DNA from: the human T2T-CHM13v2.0 reference genome, Homo sapiens
Assembly (NCBI RefSeq): GCF_009914755.1
Contig: NC_060937.1
DNA: 64,000 nucleotides
Reading direction: 5' to 3' (one strand)
Shown here: piece by piece, positions 13,838-28,142 of the stretch
Layout of the letters: the number at the start of each line of letters is the position of its first letter
How positions within the stretch are numbered: the first letter of the stretch is position 1
The notes under the pieces: model-generated
Database searches by the model: none
The model's input: the letters and a program-made list of their open reading frames with translations, nothing else
Told to the model about the DNA's origin: nothing
Translations under genes and position numbers: made by a program

Positions 13838-13930
13838 CTATTTAAAAAACAAAAGCAGAAAAGCCAATTAATACACCTTATTATTAAAAATTGTGAGGTT
13901 TTGACACTGAAAGGTATTTTTATCTTCCAG

Positions 13931-14050
13931 CTTGGTGAAATATTCCTAGCGGAATTCATACGAAGTGGAGAGCCAGCTGGGAAAAAGGGAGGCTTTGAAG
14001 TGGCTGTGCCTGGGAGGGACTCTCAGCGTCAAGGGGCTGCAGAGCTCTGA
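13931..14050 (+). CDS. Candidate terminal coding exon (phase 0): LGEIFLAEFIRSGEPAGKKGGFEVAVPGRDSQRQGAAEL*; gene not recognised
   Basis: Acceptor tatttttatcttccag|C with CTGAA branch-like motif; GC/purine-rich 120 nt in AT-rich flanks; the other two frames stop immediately; AATAAA at 14415. Confidence 0.35.
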   Translation, partial: LGEIFLAEFIRSGEPAGKKGGFEVAVPGRDSQRQGAAEL

Positions 14051-14808
14051 TATCCTGTGGGTGCCTGAAAGAAGCTTTTTCTCTGTTTATGAGTTCTCAA
14101 TCAGTTAGATACTTTCTGTCTTCACCAATAATTTTCATATTACAAATGTGATTACAGAGGTTTACATTTTTTTCCAAACCAAACAACTGGGTAAATTTCA
14201 ATATAAACTCTTTCCAGTCTATGCATGTATAAGTATTTTAAACATTCTACATACCTTTAAAAGATACTTGGACTGCCTGATAAATAAGGTTAGCAATTTT
14301 AATGACTGCAGTTGAATATCTCTCTTACAAGAATGGAGATAACATTAATTCTTTCATATTGATTAAATCTTTAGCAATTTCCTAACTGTATTCAAAAATA
14401 TATACTCTATGCCCAATAAAATCTGCAGATTAAGAAATAAGCTACGTTTATATCGTGTAACTTCCTATTATTTTTCTTCATAAACTACAATGACATCTTT
14501 AATTTTTTTTTTTCAAGACATCAAAACAAGAAAGAAAAAAAAATATTTAAAGAATGAAAATAGACCGGGCCTTCACATCCAGGTTAAACAGATATCTTTG
14601 TTCAGAACTACGGACAAATACATAAAACAGCCAAAAGTCATCCTACTCACAAGCACCTTCAGGCTATTACAAGAATTGAAAGGTAGCCAAAGATTTGTTC
14701 TCTAACAAGTACTCAAGTACTCTAATACTAACATGAAATGGTATGACAGTTACCCTCACAGGATGATGACTTTTGTTTCATAAACCATCTTAAACACTAA
14801 ATTATTAA

Positions 14809-15023
<215 letters not shown>

Positions 15024-15239
15024 TGATGAAATTAAAGTCACATGTTCATATCCCAGAAAAAGGTGAGTGGAAATAAGTCTGAATTGTGTAAGACCATTGG
15101 GTATGCAGCCGTGATTTCAGGGGAAGCAGCATAGACGTTTTTCAGCTTGTGTTTAAGCTTGGAGTGAATTCCATGGCCTCCCTAGGCCTGTGTTGTCTTT
15201 GTTATCACTGCATAGTGATCCCTGCATATAAGGAACAAG

Positions 15240-15450
15240 GAACAATAATAATAGCTAATGCTTACTAAATAGTGAATATAAACCAGCCTCGTTTTAATCA
15301 TTTTACATATACCACCTCATTTAGTCCTCATAAAAACCCTGAGGTAGGCAGTCTACCTCATGTACAGTTCCATTTGACAGATAAGAAAGGCAGAGCAGGG
15401 TTAATTTACTTGCCTGAAAATCACTGTTAGCAAGAGATGGGCTATTTGAA
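15240..15450 (-). mobile_element. MIR
   Basis: CCTCATTTAGTCCTCATAAAAACCCTGAGGTAGG...CATTTGACAGATAAGAAA. Confidence 0.7.
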
Positions 15451-15484
15451 TACAGGTACATTTATACATGCACACACAGAACCT

Positions 15485-15720
15485 GTGTGTGCACACGTGT
15501 GTGTGTGCGTGTATGTGTGTGTGTGTGTCTGTGTGTAAACACAATAACATAAAACCATTCTAATTATTTTCAAGTATACAATTCAGTGACATTAAGTGCA
15601 TTCACAACATTGTACAACTATGACCCTTATCAAGTTCCACAACTTTTTCATCATCCCAAACAGAAACTCGCTACCTTTTAAGATGAATTCTCTTTTCTCC
15701 CTCCCTCAGTCCCACAGCCT
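15485..15720 (-). mobile_element. L1M 3' end fragment with TG-rich tract
   Basis: AAGTATACAATTCAGTGACATTAAGTGCATTCACAACATTGTACAAC (antisense L1MB/ME 3' end). Confidence 0.75.
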
Positions 15721-15779
15721 GTCTTTTAAACTACTACTTTCTTCTTTTGAGTAAATGAAGTAAAACTGAATTTCTGTAA

Positions 15780-17695
15780 CAAAAACTGAGAAAGAAACAA
15801 ACTAAAAATCATTTTGTCATACCAAATCCTTAGTAATGGAAAGTCTGAGGATGTATTTTAGGCAGAATAAAGATAATACCAGGGAGAAGGTCTGAGTATG
15901 AGAAGGGATCATAAGCGGAGATATCATTAAATTTTTTATTAAATCTCAACAATGATTGAATAAAGTAGTAGCATTTAATTTCTGTCTTTAAAGATTAGCA
16001 GAATTAAAATATCAGGTACCACTGTATGTAAATTAGAAAGGAAGTATGATCAAAGTTAAAGCATTTTAAGGTTCTTGTAATTTTCAGGATGAAGGTAAAT
16101 GTTTTGATACTTCTAGAAGAATAGATGTGGAACACATAGCTGCTAAACAAGTTGAGGAGAAAAAAGTAAAAGGAAAAAAAAGACACAAAAAAATGAAAGA
16201 AATATATACACACACAGCACAACAAAAAATACTTGGCATAGCTATATTGATACATAGAATAAAATATATATCATGAAATACCTGCATTAGAGAAGTAGAA
16301 ATGCTCAACATTAATAAGTTTAGTGTGCAACCCAGAAATTTAGAAAAAGAACAGAAAATCAAAAACAAAGGAAATAAGAGGAAAGAAATATTTAAAATAA
16401 AATCATAACAATGAGAAGCAAAAACATACCATAGAGAGAATCAACAAAGCCAAAAATTAAGCCTTTGGACAGATTAATAATACAGAAAGACTTCTAGCTA
16501 GATCAACTGAAAGACAGATAGAAGACACAAAATAAAAAATATTTGTAATAAAAAAGAGACATTACATGCTACAGAGATTTAAAAAGGTGACAAGTTTTTA
16601 GGGGCAACAGTAATGTCAAATATCTTGAAAATGTCGACAAAATAGATAAATCCTTTAAAAATACAAATTCCAAACTTTACTCAAAGAGCAAGTAAAAGTT
16701 TAATAGTCTTAGAGCCATTAAAGAAATTAAATCAGCAGTTAAAAATCTTCTCCAAAAGAGAACACCAGGTCCAAATGGCTTTGTAGCAGGTAATTCCAAT
16801 CCTACACAAGTTTTCAGAGAATAGAAAAAAGTGATAGTCTCCTCAATACATTTTGAATGTAGTTCTCAAGCTTGAGATGGAGCACTCAAGCTGTGATACC
16901 AAGGAAAAACAAGGAAAACATTACTTATCAATCTTACTTATGAGCATAAATTCAACAAATTGAGCACAGCATTGTTTAAAAGTGTATATATGTCATGACC
17001 CAGCTGGAATTATTTCAGAAACATAGGATTGAATTAATAACAATAAAGTATTAAAATTAGTTACTACTCTAAAAGAATAAAAAAGGAAAATTATGTTATT
17101 ACCTCAATGGATTCAAAAAAAGGGGGGTGGTGAAATTCAGTGTCACTCATAAAAAATCCAAGCAAGGAGACTAACAAGAAAATGACAAGAAAGAAATTTC
17201 CTAACCTGAAAAAGAACATGTATAAAAATAGCAGTAAAATAAATGCCACACTTAATGGCAAAACATTGAGAGTATTTGCTTTAAGATAAAGCAGCTTAAT
17301 GACAAAGATATTCATTATTATCACTTCTATGGCAAAAAAGTAAAACAAAGTAAAATTGCATCCATGCTTTGTATCATACATAGACATTAACTTTAAATGG
17401 ATTCAAGACTAAAACTTAGTTGTTGAAGACAGTTTATCTTCATGACTTCAGAATTGGGAAAGATTTCTTAAGACCCTGAAAATTCCAATTACAAAGAAAA
17501 ATATTAATAAACAGTTCATTAAAACTTCAAGCTTTTGCTCATCAAAAGATATTGTAAAAGCAATAAAGTAAGAGCCATATAGTAGAAAAATATTAGCTAC
17601 ATGCATAACTGCCCAAGGATTAGTATTCATATATATAAAGAACTTCTACATGTTAATATGAAAAATAAAATCCACTAAAAACATGGACAAAAGAC
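15780..17695 (+). mobile_element. Ancient L1 ORF2 relic, multiply deleted
   Basis: ORF2 motifs (AATCAACAAAGCCAAAA, ACACCAGGTCCAAATGGCTT, GGACAAAAGAC) in a strongly A-rich strand. Confidence 0.75.
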
Positions 17696-19869
17696 CTCTT
17701 CTGAAGTTTCAAACACCATGGAAGGAATCACACTTTATTGTGTAATCATGATGTCACCTGGTCTCCTCACTACTTAAAATCTAAATAAGACTAATTCAAA
17801 CATCCAATTGCATGGATTGTGGAAATTCAAAATCTTCCCTAATTATATTCAAATTCCTGGGAATGGAGAAGGTGGAGGTATGCCTTAAATTCTCATATTC
17901 TCTTATGATATGATTTTCTTCCTCAGGTTGAATTTTTTACCCCTGCCCTGTGTCTCATGCCTATTTTTATATGTTCATCCTGGGGTCATCCCAAATATGG
18001 AGCAAAGGTCCCTCTTCTAACCCATCTCCCAAAAGCTACAACGAAATCAAGCCTATTAACTATAACAAAACTTCTACTGGAGACTTCGGGGTCCCAAAGA
18101 GGTTCCAGCATATTCCCCTAAGAAACTTTCACTGACAGATTTATGCCATGTAGCACTCCAGCCTTTAACCTTTCTGGCATCTCTGACACCCACCTCACTT
18201 CCAACACTACTTCTCTGGTCCTACCGTCTCTTCTCCACCTGGCTCACAGAAGCAGAACTGTTCCTTCTTTACTTTCATTCCTGCCAATACCCATTCCCTC
18301 AGGGTCTCCCTGTCCTAGTGAATGTTGCATAAACAAAACAGTACTGCCCGGAAAGGAGTTCAGGAGGCAGCTGTTAAGATAACATGTTTTCACCCTGCTG
18401 CATTTTAAAGAAACAGAACTATGCCAGGATTTGTAGTAAGTAATGATTCTTGTAAAGGTATCTCATACATTGAGAATTTTGAGATCACTCACATCTATTG
18501 AAAATTGATTTGAAAGTTAAGATTTATTAGACTGTACCTCTGCATGCTTAACTTTTGACCATATTCTAACAAATTATCATTTGTCCAGACATACGTTTTT
18601 AATGTGTTTAATGTCCTATCTAATTCTTCTATAACTTTCAATCAACCAATCCGCCTATCAGCATATCATAAAACAAAGGTGGTTTATTTTAGATTAGAAA
18701 TCTGCTTTACTTTTCAACAGAGTTTAACACTCTTTGTTTTATGCAGACTTTATCAAGAATATTATTTCCATTAAAGAACATCTACATTTTAGGGTCAGCT
18801 GATTACTAGAATATTTTACAAGTAATTTTTAAAGTTGATTTTTTAAAATAAAACGTCCTCCATGGACATATGTCTTAAATCCATCTCCTTCATCCCCACC
18901 GCAAGCAATTGTCATGAATGTGACATCTAGCTTGGGTGCCACCAACTGTTCTCCAAATAACAGCTAGTTAAGATCGGAAGCAGTGACCAAAGTGGTTCCC
19001 TAGTCATGACTGTGATTGACAAGTTTCCTAAACCACTTCCTCTTCAGGTAATAATGTCTCTCGGTTTTGTGACTTTTTTATCTCACGTGGGGTTGAAAAT
19101 TATTCTCAAAATTAATTGACATTTCATTGATAAAAAGAAGAGCCAACTACCAAATTTTTAATAACAATTAAAAAGCATTAACATTATTAACACATGGAAC
19201 AAAGCTTAACACACTCTTTTTGTTCCTTCAGTATCCCTCCTCTTCTTTAAATATTATCACTTTCTTGTCTTAGGTTTCCATATGTAAGAATTGACAGCTA
19301 GCAAAACTCACACATAAGTGTTTCTTTCCACAGTTCTCTAGGACTTCTCAAGCAGTTTTCACTACACCATAATGACGTTTACAAATTGTGACATGGAAAC
19401 TTGGTTGGCAGTTCAAAGGAAAATTGATTTTTTTACTATGAGATTTTAAAACTTCACTTTATGGGGAGACTTTAACACCATCGATGTAGAGGGACGAAAT
19501 CGCCATAGCCTAACAAGGTCCATAACAGTTACTTCTGACAAAACAAAAACAAGACCTCCTTGTCACCTTGTTTCACAGCTGCCAGGGTAATCATAAACAC
19601 AAACTACTCGGGGTTTAGTTTGGAGGAACAAGACGGCTAACCTAAAATAGTAATTAAAAATTAAGCCTCCAGCAATCCATTTTGAAAATTTCAAGTCTTC
19701 TAAATTCTAGTCAGGCAGGAAATATGTTAAGAAGTTATGACCCTGGTAGAAGTCAGGATTTCCTTTTTTGATGGAAAAGTAGATGAAAACAGAAAAACTG
19801 AATCTTAAAGTGAAAAAGGCAAATCTCTCTTTATCAAGTATTTTAGCCTTAGTTGTCTTTTTTTCTCAG

Positions 19870-19973
19870 CAGGTATCTTATCTAAGAATACAAAAGAAGG
19901 AGACTTGGAAATTACATATGAATACAGTCAAGACAATAGTTTGCCTCTTTCAGGATCTGAAAATGGTCCCTGA
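19870..19973 (+). CDS. Candidate terminal coding exon (phase 1): (x)GILSKNTKEGDLEITYEYSQDNSLPLSGSENGP*; gene not recognised
   Basis: Strong acceptor ttgtctttttttctcagcag with tandem CAG/CAG (exon start 19870 or 19873); 32 codons to TGA at 19971; AU-rich downstream with ATTAAA near 20048. A phase-0 frame is also open to 20058, so the frame is uncertain. Confidence 0.4.
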
Positions 19974-20177
19974 CATTGGATGCAGTGATCATGCAAAGAA
20001 TACATACATATTTTTATTTTATATGAAACACATACATTTATATCTTATATTAAAATAACTATATTTACAATTGTTACTAATTTTTTCATCTTAAAAATAG
20101 CCATGGATTTAGAAATGAATCCTATGATTTGCAACTAAATACTTTCGGTTTTCCAAAAGTATAATTGTTCTGAAAAG

Positions 20178-20606
20178 GCTAGCTACTATATAATTTCAGC
20201 TACATGGCATTCTGGAAAAGGCAAAAGTATGAAGACAGTAAGATGAGCAGTAGTTGGCAGGGGCTGGGAGGAGGGAGAAGGAGAGACACATATGTCCATA
20301 GGTGAAGCACAGAGAATATTTAAGGTGATACTATATGATACTTTAATGGTTACTATATGGCATTATGCATTTGTCAAAACCCATAGAACGTACAACACCA
20401 AGAGTGAACCCTAATGGAGATTATAGACTTTGGGTGATAAAGAAATATAAATGTATGTTCATCAATTGTAACAAATGTACCATCTGGTGAGGGTCCTTGA
20501 TGGTGGGGGAGGCTGTGCATTTGCAGGGGCAGGGAGTAAATGTGAACTCTGTACTTTCTGCTCAATTTTGCTGGGAATCTAAAAGTGCTCTAAAAAATAG
20601 AAAAGT
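20178..20606 (+). mobile_element. L1MC-type 3' end
   Basis: GTCAAAACCCATAGAACGTACAACACCAAGAGTGAACCCTAATG...CTCTAAAAAATA. Confidence 0.85.
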
Positions 20607-23600
20607 ATAGTTGGCAACTGAGATAACAACATGGTAAGAGATGGCAGTTACTGCTCTACCAAACCTCACATTAAGGAATCAAAAGTAATAGCAATAAATA
20701 TTTTAAGAGGAACTATATATGACACTTCAGGAATAAAGTTTGGCCTCAAACGGAAATTCTTGTACAAAAACTTCATAACCATTTGATTGCATGCAAAACA
20801 AAATCATTATAAAGGGGTACATATCTACACATATTCTGTTGTAAGACTAGAGGTTGCAAAAGAAGTGGGGCTTGTTCAGTGTGTTCAAGTTGTGAACAGA
20901 TCCATGCTTTAGCAACAAGACTTCCTCAACTGAAAATAGAACTTTTGAGTTCAAGTTTGATCTATTCCTTTTTTCAATGATGCTGAGTCGTTTCCTCTCT
21001 TCAGTCTTTTTCTGAAAAGCCAAAACTTTGAAGGGCTCAAAAAAACTGGAATTTCAGGTTGTCTGAGCCTATAAGAATGTGCATGCTGTTCCAACACTCA
21101 TCTGCATTTAGAAAAGAATATCATCCCTGTTTGATTCGTTCTTGTGGAATGAGCTCATAATCTGGATTCAGTTTTTTTTTCAACCTTTGCACCCATTTTT
21201 AAGGTTATTTTCATGACACCCTCTTTACGTAGCCATTTTAGGAATTACCGTCTCTATTGTAAGGACCAAAAAGGAGAGTGTTAGCAACAAGATCATCTGA
21301 CTGGCCACCTAATGCCAAAGGACTATGTGGAGGATTAAAACTGGTGGCAAAACTTATTTTGAGTCCATGTGTATAAAAACATGGTAGCTCTTTCTTAGGT
21401 AGTCAACTAAAATTTCCATACATCCTCTCCATGATATTTCCTCAAAGAAATGCTCTGATATGCAGGAATTTTTTGCTACTGAATCTGTGCTGTCTTCCTT
21501 AGTCTTCTGTACCCCAAAATCTCTAAATAAGTTACTTTAAAGAAAAGAAAAAACTCAAAAAACAGACATTTCACATTATATATTTATACCTCTAAGTTTT
21601 CTTGTGTATGTAATGGCCTTTCAAGTCAATATAGAATGGAGATAAATTTAGAAGACTTCTTATTTCTAAAGAGATAATTACAGAAAAAGAATAAGCCGAG
21701 CATCTCCTAATTTTCTCTGGGATTTAGAGATAGTTGGTGTATACCTATGAATATTCTCAGAGATGTTTAATTGGACTAACGTTCTGAAAAACTTGGATGC
21801 CTAAAAGGCCAAGAGTAGAGAAATGCCATAAAGTGAATGAAGAATTGGATTGAATACAAAAAGAAATTGTATCTCATATGAGGGTAAATCTAATTTATAA
21901 GTGAGAAGTACTCAACAATGGCAGGTCCAAGTTCAGTTGAATCTCCTTTCTTCAAGATTTCTAGCTATTGCACATAGGCAGAAGAATGCTGCCTGTGAAA
22001 CATTACTCAGTGAAAAAACTACACATATCCTTAATAGAAAGAGCACTTTGAAAATTATATAATTTTCATAAGAGCTTCATAAATATCTCATCCTGTGATT
22101 TACAAAAGCACGCAAGATCTAATATCCTCTAGCCCAGTAGAAAGCAAGATGACCTAAAGTTTACTATATAACATAAAATGTACATATAATTTCCTTTCTC
22201 CATTTTTGGTTGGCCAAGCTTTAAACAAGCTCCAAAGCCACTCAGTTCTACAAAAGACAATGCCTAAAATAAAAGCTTGTATGTTTCCATTTATTCAAAT
22301 CTTTTCAGAAAATAAAAACAGTAGAAACAAATTATGTTTATCTGAGGACAGCAGCGCTGACAAGAGCAGGAGGGTAGATTGATGATCAAGATTCTCTTCC
22401 TATCGCCTACAATTATGATGGATGGTGGAGCTAAACCGCAAGTCAAAGAGATATAATGCACTTTTCAGTATTTTTAAAAGTTATTCATCCCACTCTTTAA
22501 ATTCCAAAAATGACAGAACATTTATTCTTTCATGAGATTATATTCACTGTGAAAATTTTCAAAGAAAAATAGTTCTTTGTTGCTATTGAAATGTTACTAG
22601 ATATATGTCAGTTTTCCCACTTCCCATTTTCATGGGACTTAGCTTATGTGCCACCCAGATTCCTGACTGTCCTGAACTCTACTTTTTAGTGGAGCCAGAA
22701 AAGACATGCAAAGAATAGATTCTAGGTCCCGTTGTAAAACAAAAACAAAACAGGATAATTCACCTCGTTTCAAATCCCAGAAGTGGATCTCCCTTGCCAG
22801 AGGAGTCGAAAGGTTGCCCCGAAGGATGTGATGAAATAGAGGTTTGTCCCCCTGACCCCATTTCTATGACATCAGCTCTGCTTTTGTTTTACTTATTGGG
22901 CTTCCATGTTTTTGCTTAAGGAATGGGCTCAGCTGCATCCAGATTTTAAAACCACTCTCTAAGAGAATTTGATCACTGCATTTAAGCACATTTGGTCTGA
23001 TGCTTTATTTTTATATCTATTTCTACTGAGGAAAACAACAGTTGCTAGGTTGGCAATAGAAGTCAGGGGACTAAGTGAAAGAGTATGAATGATCTATAAT
23101 TTGCTAAATAGCTCAAAGTATTTCATAAAGAAACTACAAAAATAGCAGGTATAGACTGGGGAAACCCTAGACATCATTATAAAAAAGAAACGTCCTCATT
23201 GTCACTTTTGTAAGCCTGTCTTCTAGTTCCCCTTCTATTCACACAGGTCTTGATACCCACTATTTTGTATTTTCCCTTCTCATGTCAACATTACACCCTT
23301 ATACCCGTAGCTTACCTTATTTCAATCTGTTAGTATGTTGCTCTCTGCATTGGGAAAGCCTTCTTTTTAAGGCATTGTCCTCTGTTAATTAAAGGCATGG
23401 GAGCATAATTTTCAGACCTAGAAGAAATAAAATTCCTCTGAATTAAGCTTTTAAGGAAGATTAACTTCGATACACTTTGCAAAGACTCTCAAAGTATAAA
23501 ATATATCCGTTTATTTTTTAACAAATATTTGTTGTGATTTTACTGAGATCCACATAGTCCTTTTGAAGAACACTCCAAGGAAACTTAAAATCTCAAGGCG

Positions 23601-23689
23601 GAAGTATGACTAGTGCGGGTGTGGCTTTCAGCCTTATAAACCCAGAATCTCAATTTCATCGGTTTACCCAGAAGCAGAGAGGCTTTATA

Positions 23690-23880
23690 AATGTAGAGCA
23701 AAGATCACAGGATTCTGAGTCCAAGACATAGGTTTGAGTTCCTGCTGCACGGCTTCTTAGCTGTTTATGTTCTTAAGCAAGTGACTTAATCCCCTAAGAA
23801 AAAAAAATGTTGAGAAATAACACTAGTCTTGCAGGATCGTTGTGAAGATTAGATGAAATCGTGCATACAAAAAGGGTTTT
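23690..23880 (+). mobile_element. MIR
   Basis: GCAAGTGACTTAATCCCCT...GGATCGTTGTGAAGATTAGATGAAAT. Confidence 0.7.
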
Positions 23881-24494
23881 ATATACTGTCCTAGGTTAAA
23901 CATGTGTTGGTTAGATTTGCCTCTAGCTTGAGAGATACTCCCTAAAGAAAAGGACTTCTACGTGCCAGTAGGCACCAGCAGGGATTCCCTGCGGGCAACC
24001 TTTGAAGGCTGATAAGCATCTCTAACAGCTGCATAAGAGAATACACGGACCAGCTAGAGGGCAAGGGTCATGCCCTTTGCCCTTCTGCTCTCAGCTCAAA
24101 GGACATCTGCCAAAGATCCCCTGCAGGGAAATTTAACTCTAAGGAGAGAGGCCCAGCAAACATTTTAAGAGATCATTACATGTTCTCTTACAGACCTATC
24201 CCTTCGTACACGTAGTGTCTTGCCCCTATCTTCCATCACCTGCTGAACTTAACATCCTATATTACTCAGTAAAAGCCTCCACATTTTTCAAAGTCCATCT
24301 AGATTCTTCAGAATTGTTCAGGTTTCTCTCTCTTCAGCGTCTGCAGAGAACCCACTCTTGGCAACCTCCAACTCCTTTCCCCTAACAGAGTTTTTTTAAA
24401 GCAGGAGTCGTGTGTTGTTCATCTCTGATCGATAAAGGTTATTCTACTCTGCAGTTTCTCTGAGACAACTGCTAAGGATACTCTCCTTTGCACC

Positions 24495-24713
24495 TGGAGT
24501 TCTTGAATGTAGTCCTGTCCATAGCTAAACTGTATCGGAATCACCTGAGATATTTTTTAAATTAAAGATACCTTGATCTTTGCAATTTTGTTTCAATAGT
24601 TTTAAATTAAGGCCCTAGGGACTATATCAAAAGTTTCCAAAGTGGAAACAATTTTAAAACTCCCCAGGTAATTCTGATGCAGTTTATCCATGGACAGGCA
24701 TTTGGACCCACTG
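24495..24713. mobile_element. MER5-family hAT-Charlie MITE relic
   Basis: GTATCGGAATCACCTG...CTCCCCAGGTAATTCTGATGCAG...TTTGGACCCACTG. Confidence 0.65.
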
Positions 24714-24918
24714 AATTCAATTGCTGTAATTATCTTGATGAGGTTTAAATATTAAAACAACAACTTGGTGTTATTAAAATGTTTACAAATGCCTTCTTAG
24801 AGTGGGTGAATTTTATTATTTTTTCTTTAGTGTATGATTTCTGCAGTTAGCTATCTTTCATATTATATACTGAATATTCGTTATCAATTTCATTAAGAGT
24901 TCCTGTTTCTGACTTTGT

Positions 24919-24962
24919 TTTCAAATTGTCTAGTGCTTCTTTCAAATTGTCTAGTGCTTCTT
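24919..24962. repeat. Perfect 21-bp tandem duplication (TTTCAAATTGTCTAGTGCTTC x2)
   Basis: Read directly. Confidence 0.95.
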
Positions 24963-25741
24963 ACTACAGATTCCAAATGCCTATTTGGTTGTGAGAGTTG
25001 TATACCTTCCACTTACAAAATTGACCTAGAAATTCATTATCAGAATAACTGCATAAATGCTAGACAAGAAGCATGAATCTATTTCTTTCAGAAAAGAACC
25101 TCTTACATCTACTGACTGCTTCTCTGCTGAAACTGTGGCATTGGCATCTTTATAGAAGAATAAATAAATGGTTCAATGTGAGCAATAAGCGATCTCGCGA
25201 CAATAAAGAAACAAACGAACGAAAACTCAGGAAGTTATTATGACTCTCAAAGCTGATTTCCTCAATCACATTGGTTTTGAAACCAGACAAAATATGGGGT
25301 ATAACATTTAGAAAAGTGACTTTTTAAAACAAACCTGCCATATGCCACACACCCAAAAATTGTTGACTCTTTATAATACTTTTTTAATATTGGTTTTCAT
25401 TGGTGGCTTTAGACATTTTTTTCATTGTTACTTCTATAGAATCAGGGATCTTTTCTGAAACTAAAAGAAAATGTCTTGAAAAATAAAATATAACAAATTG
25501 TGTTGATAACAGATTTGAATTTTGAAAACAGCTAGGAGATATATGGCTTCAAGTCTTATGAAAAGTTGGGGAAAAGAAAAAATATGATTATATAGTAAAA
25601 ATAATGTTTGGTCTAATTTTAATTTAGTTTTGAAGCCAATTGCCAAAGTTTATTTCTAAAAAGTTTTAGAAAATGATACTACCAATTGAGTAAGAATAAA
25701 GCTCCCCATTTTGTAATCTGATTTTGATAATATTTATTCGG

Positions 25742-25781
25742 ATGTTTATGTGCTAGAAGGTATGTTTATGTGCTAGAAGGT
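25742..25781. repeat. Perfect 20-bp tandem duplication (ATGTTTATGTGCTAGAAGGT x2)
   Basis: Read directly. Confidence 0.95.
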
Positions 25782-26139
25782 GAGTAAAGTCAATCATGTT
25801 TCATAAACTTTGAGATAAATTATTAGTTTAATATTGGGCTTTTTAGCTACTTTAAACATTTATATAATTTCAAAATTAAACATGTCTTTTAAAAAAAGAA
25901 AAGAAACAGCTTTCCCAATTTGCACAAGGATAGCCAGAGCAACAGATGGCCACTGTCTGTTTTTCTCCCAGTCCTCTTCTCTACTTAGATTTTTTGTAGT
26001 GTTCAAAGCGGTTCTTCATTTGAGAGCAAGAATTTAGAAAAAGGAATATTCAAGGTGCTAACTAAAAGAACTACTTTCATGGAAAGCAGAAAGTTCTTGG
26101 CATGATAAAAATAAGCTCCTTAAGAGGCTCAGGAAACAG

Positions 26140-26230
26140 CATTGCATTTGAGGTGTATTATTGTTGGATGCACAAAGTGTGCAGGAGATGTGAATAGTGG
26201 AAATGTGAAGGTGGGGAGGAACCAAGACCC
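26140..26230 (+). repeat. Copy A of an old 91-bp direct repeat (partner 28143-28233)
   Basis: Ungapped hand alignment gives about 70/91 identities. Confidence 0.8.
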
Positions 26231-26781
26231 TATCCAACTTTGGGCAAAACTGAAAAGTAGACTAAAGCTTGTGTGTGAAGCTCGTCTTTTCCCTGTTTAA
26301 TGATCACATCCCATCTCCCAGTGACCCTCATTAATATATTAGCTAATAATTCTTAAGGAATACAAAGGAATCAACTCCAGCAAATAAGGCAATAAGTGAG
26401 CTGGGGATAAAAATGTTTCCCCCTCAGTTTGGGAATAACTTCACTATTGCCCCTTAAAGGCAGCCTTGAGATTGTTATTTTATTCTCTCTTGCTAGATAT
26501 TACCCTAGAAGTATATTTGTGCCTTCCTGTGAGGTTCTTAAGGAGAAAACAGTGTTCTGAATCCAGGGAGAGAAAGCTGTGATGTCAAATCTGTGGCCCT
26601 TTCCTGACTTGGGAAGATGCTACTGTACAGAGAGGCCTTAACTCTCACTATCCAGGTTCACACCAGGTGGTGGCCACCGATTCTGCCTCACTGTGGTGTT
26701 TACTTACCCTGTTCCAGACACCCAAGATGTTTTCCCTGCACTGCCACATGAGTGGCATGGCAAGATTGTTTATTAAACGTA

Positions 26782-27087
26782 GGTAGGGCACGATGGCTTA
26801 CACCTGTAATCCTAGCGCTTTGGGAGGCCAAGAGAGGAGGATCATTTGAGCCTAGGAGTTCGAGACCAACCTGGGCAATACAGCAAAACCCCGTCTCTCC
26901 AGAAAAATACATAAATTAGCTGGGTGTGGTGGTGTGCACCTGTGGTCCCAGCTACTTGGGAGGATGAGGTGGGAGGATCACCTGGGCCTGGGGAGGTTGA
27001 GGCTGCAGTAAGCCATGATCAAGCCACCAAACTCCAGCCTGGGTAACAGAGTGAGACCCTGTCTCAAAAAAAAAAAAAAAAAAAAAA
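26782..27087 (+). mobile_element. AluJ
   Basis: AluJ-type GGAGGATCATTTGAGCCTAGGAGTTCGAGACC and GTGAGACCCTGTCTC; poly(A) tail. Confidence 0.95.
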
Positions 27088-27097
27088 GTGACACCAT

Positions 27098-27871
<774 letters not shown>

Positions 27872-28142
27872 CCACATGGCAGTGGCATCCAAATTAAATC
27901 AAAACTAGAAAAAAGAATTCTTTAACCTTGACCTTGAATGACTGAGCCAGTTTTCTGGGGGTTTTTTTCTGTGTTAGTTTGTAGCAGAAACCAGAACTAA
28001 ATCTGTTTGCTGAATAACCATAATTGTGTCTTGGCATTATTATCACAGGAGGAACACAGCGAAGGGAAGGAAGTTATTCTTGCAATAACAAAGCCATCCT
28101 ACTTCAAAATGGAAAGGGATGATCTTCACTTGGGGAATGTCA

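Noticed and set aside
14646-14720. - strand GTGAGTA donor motif
   Set aside because: No convincing matching acceptor within exon distance.
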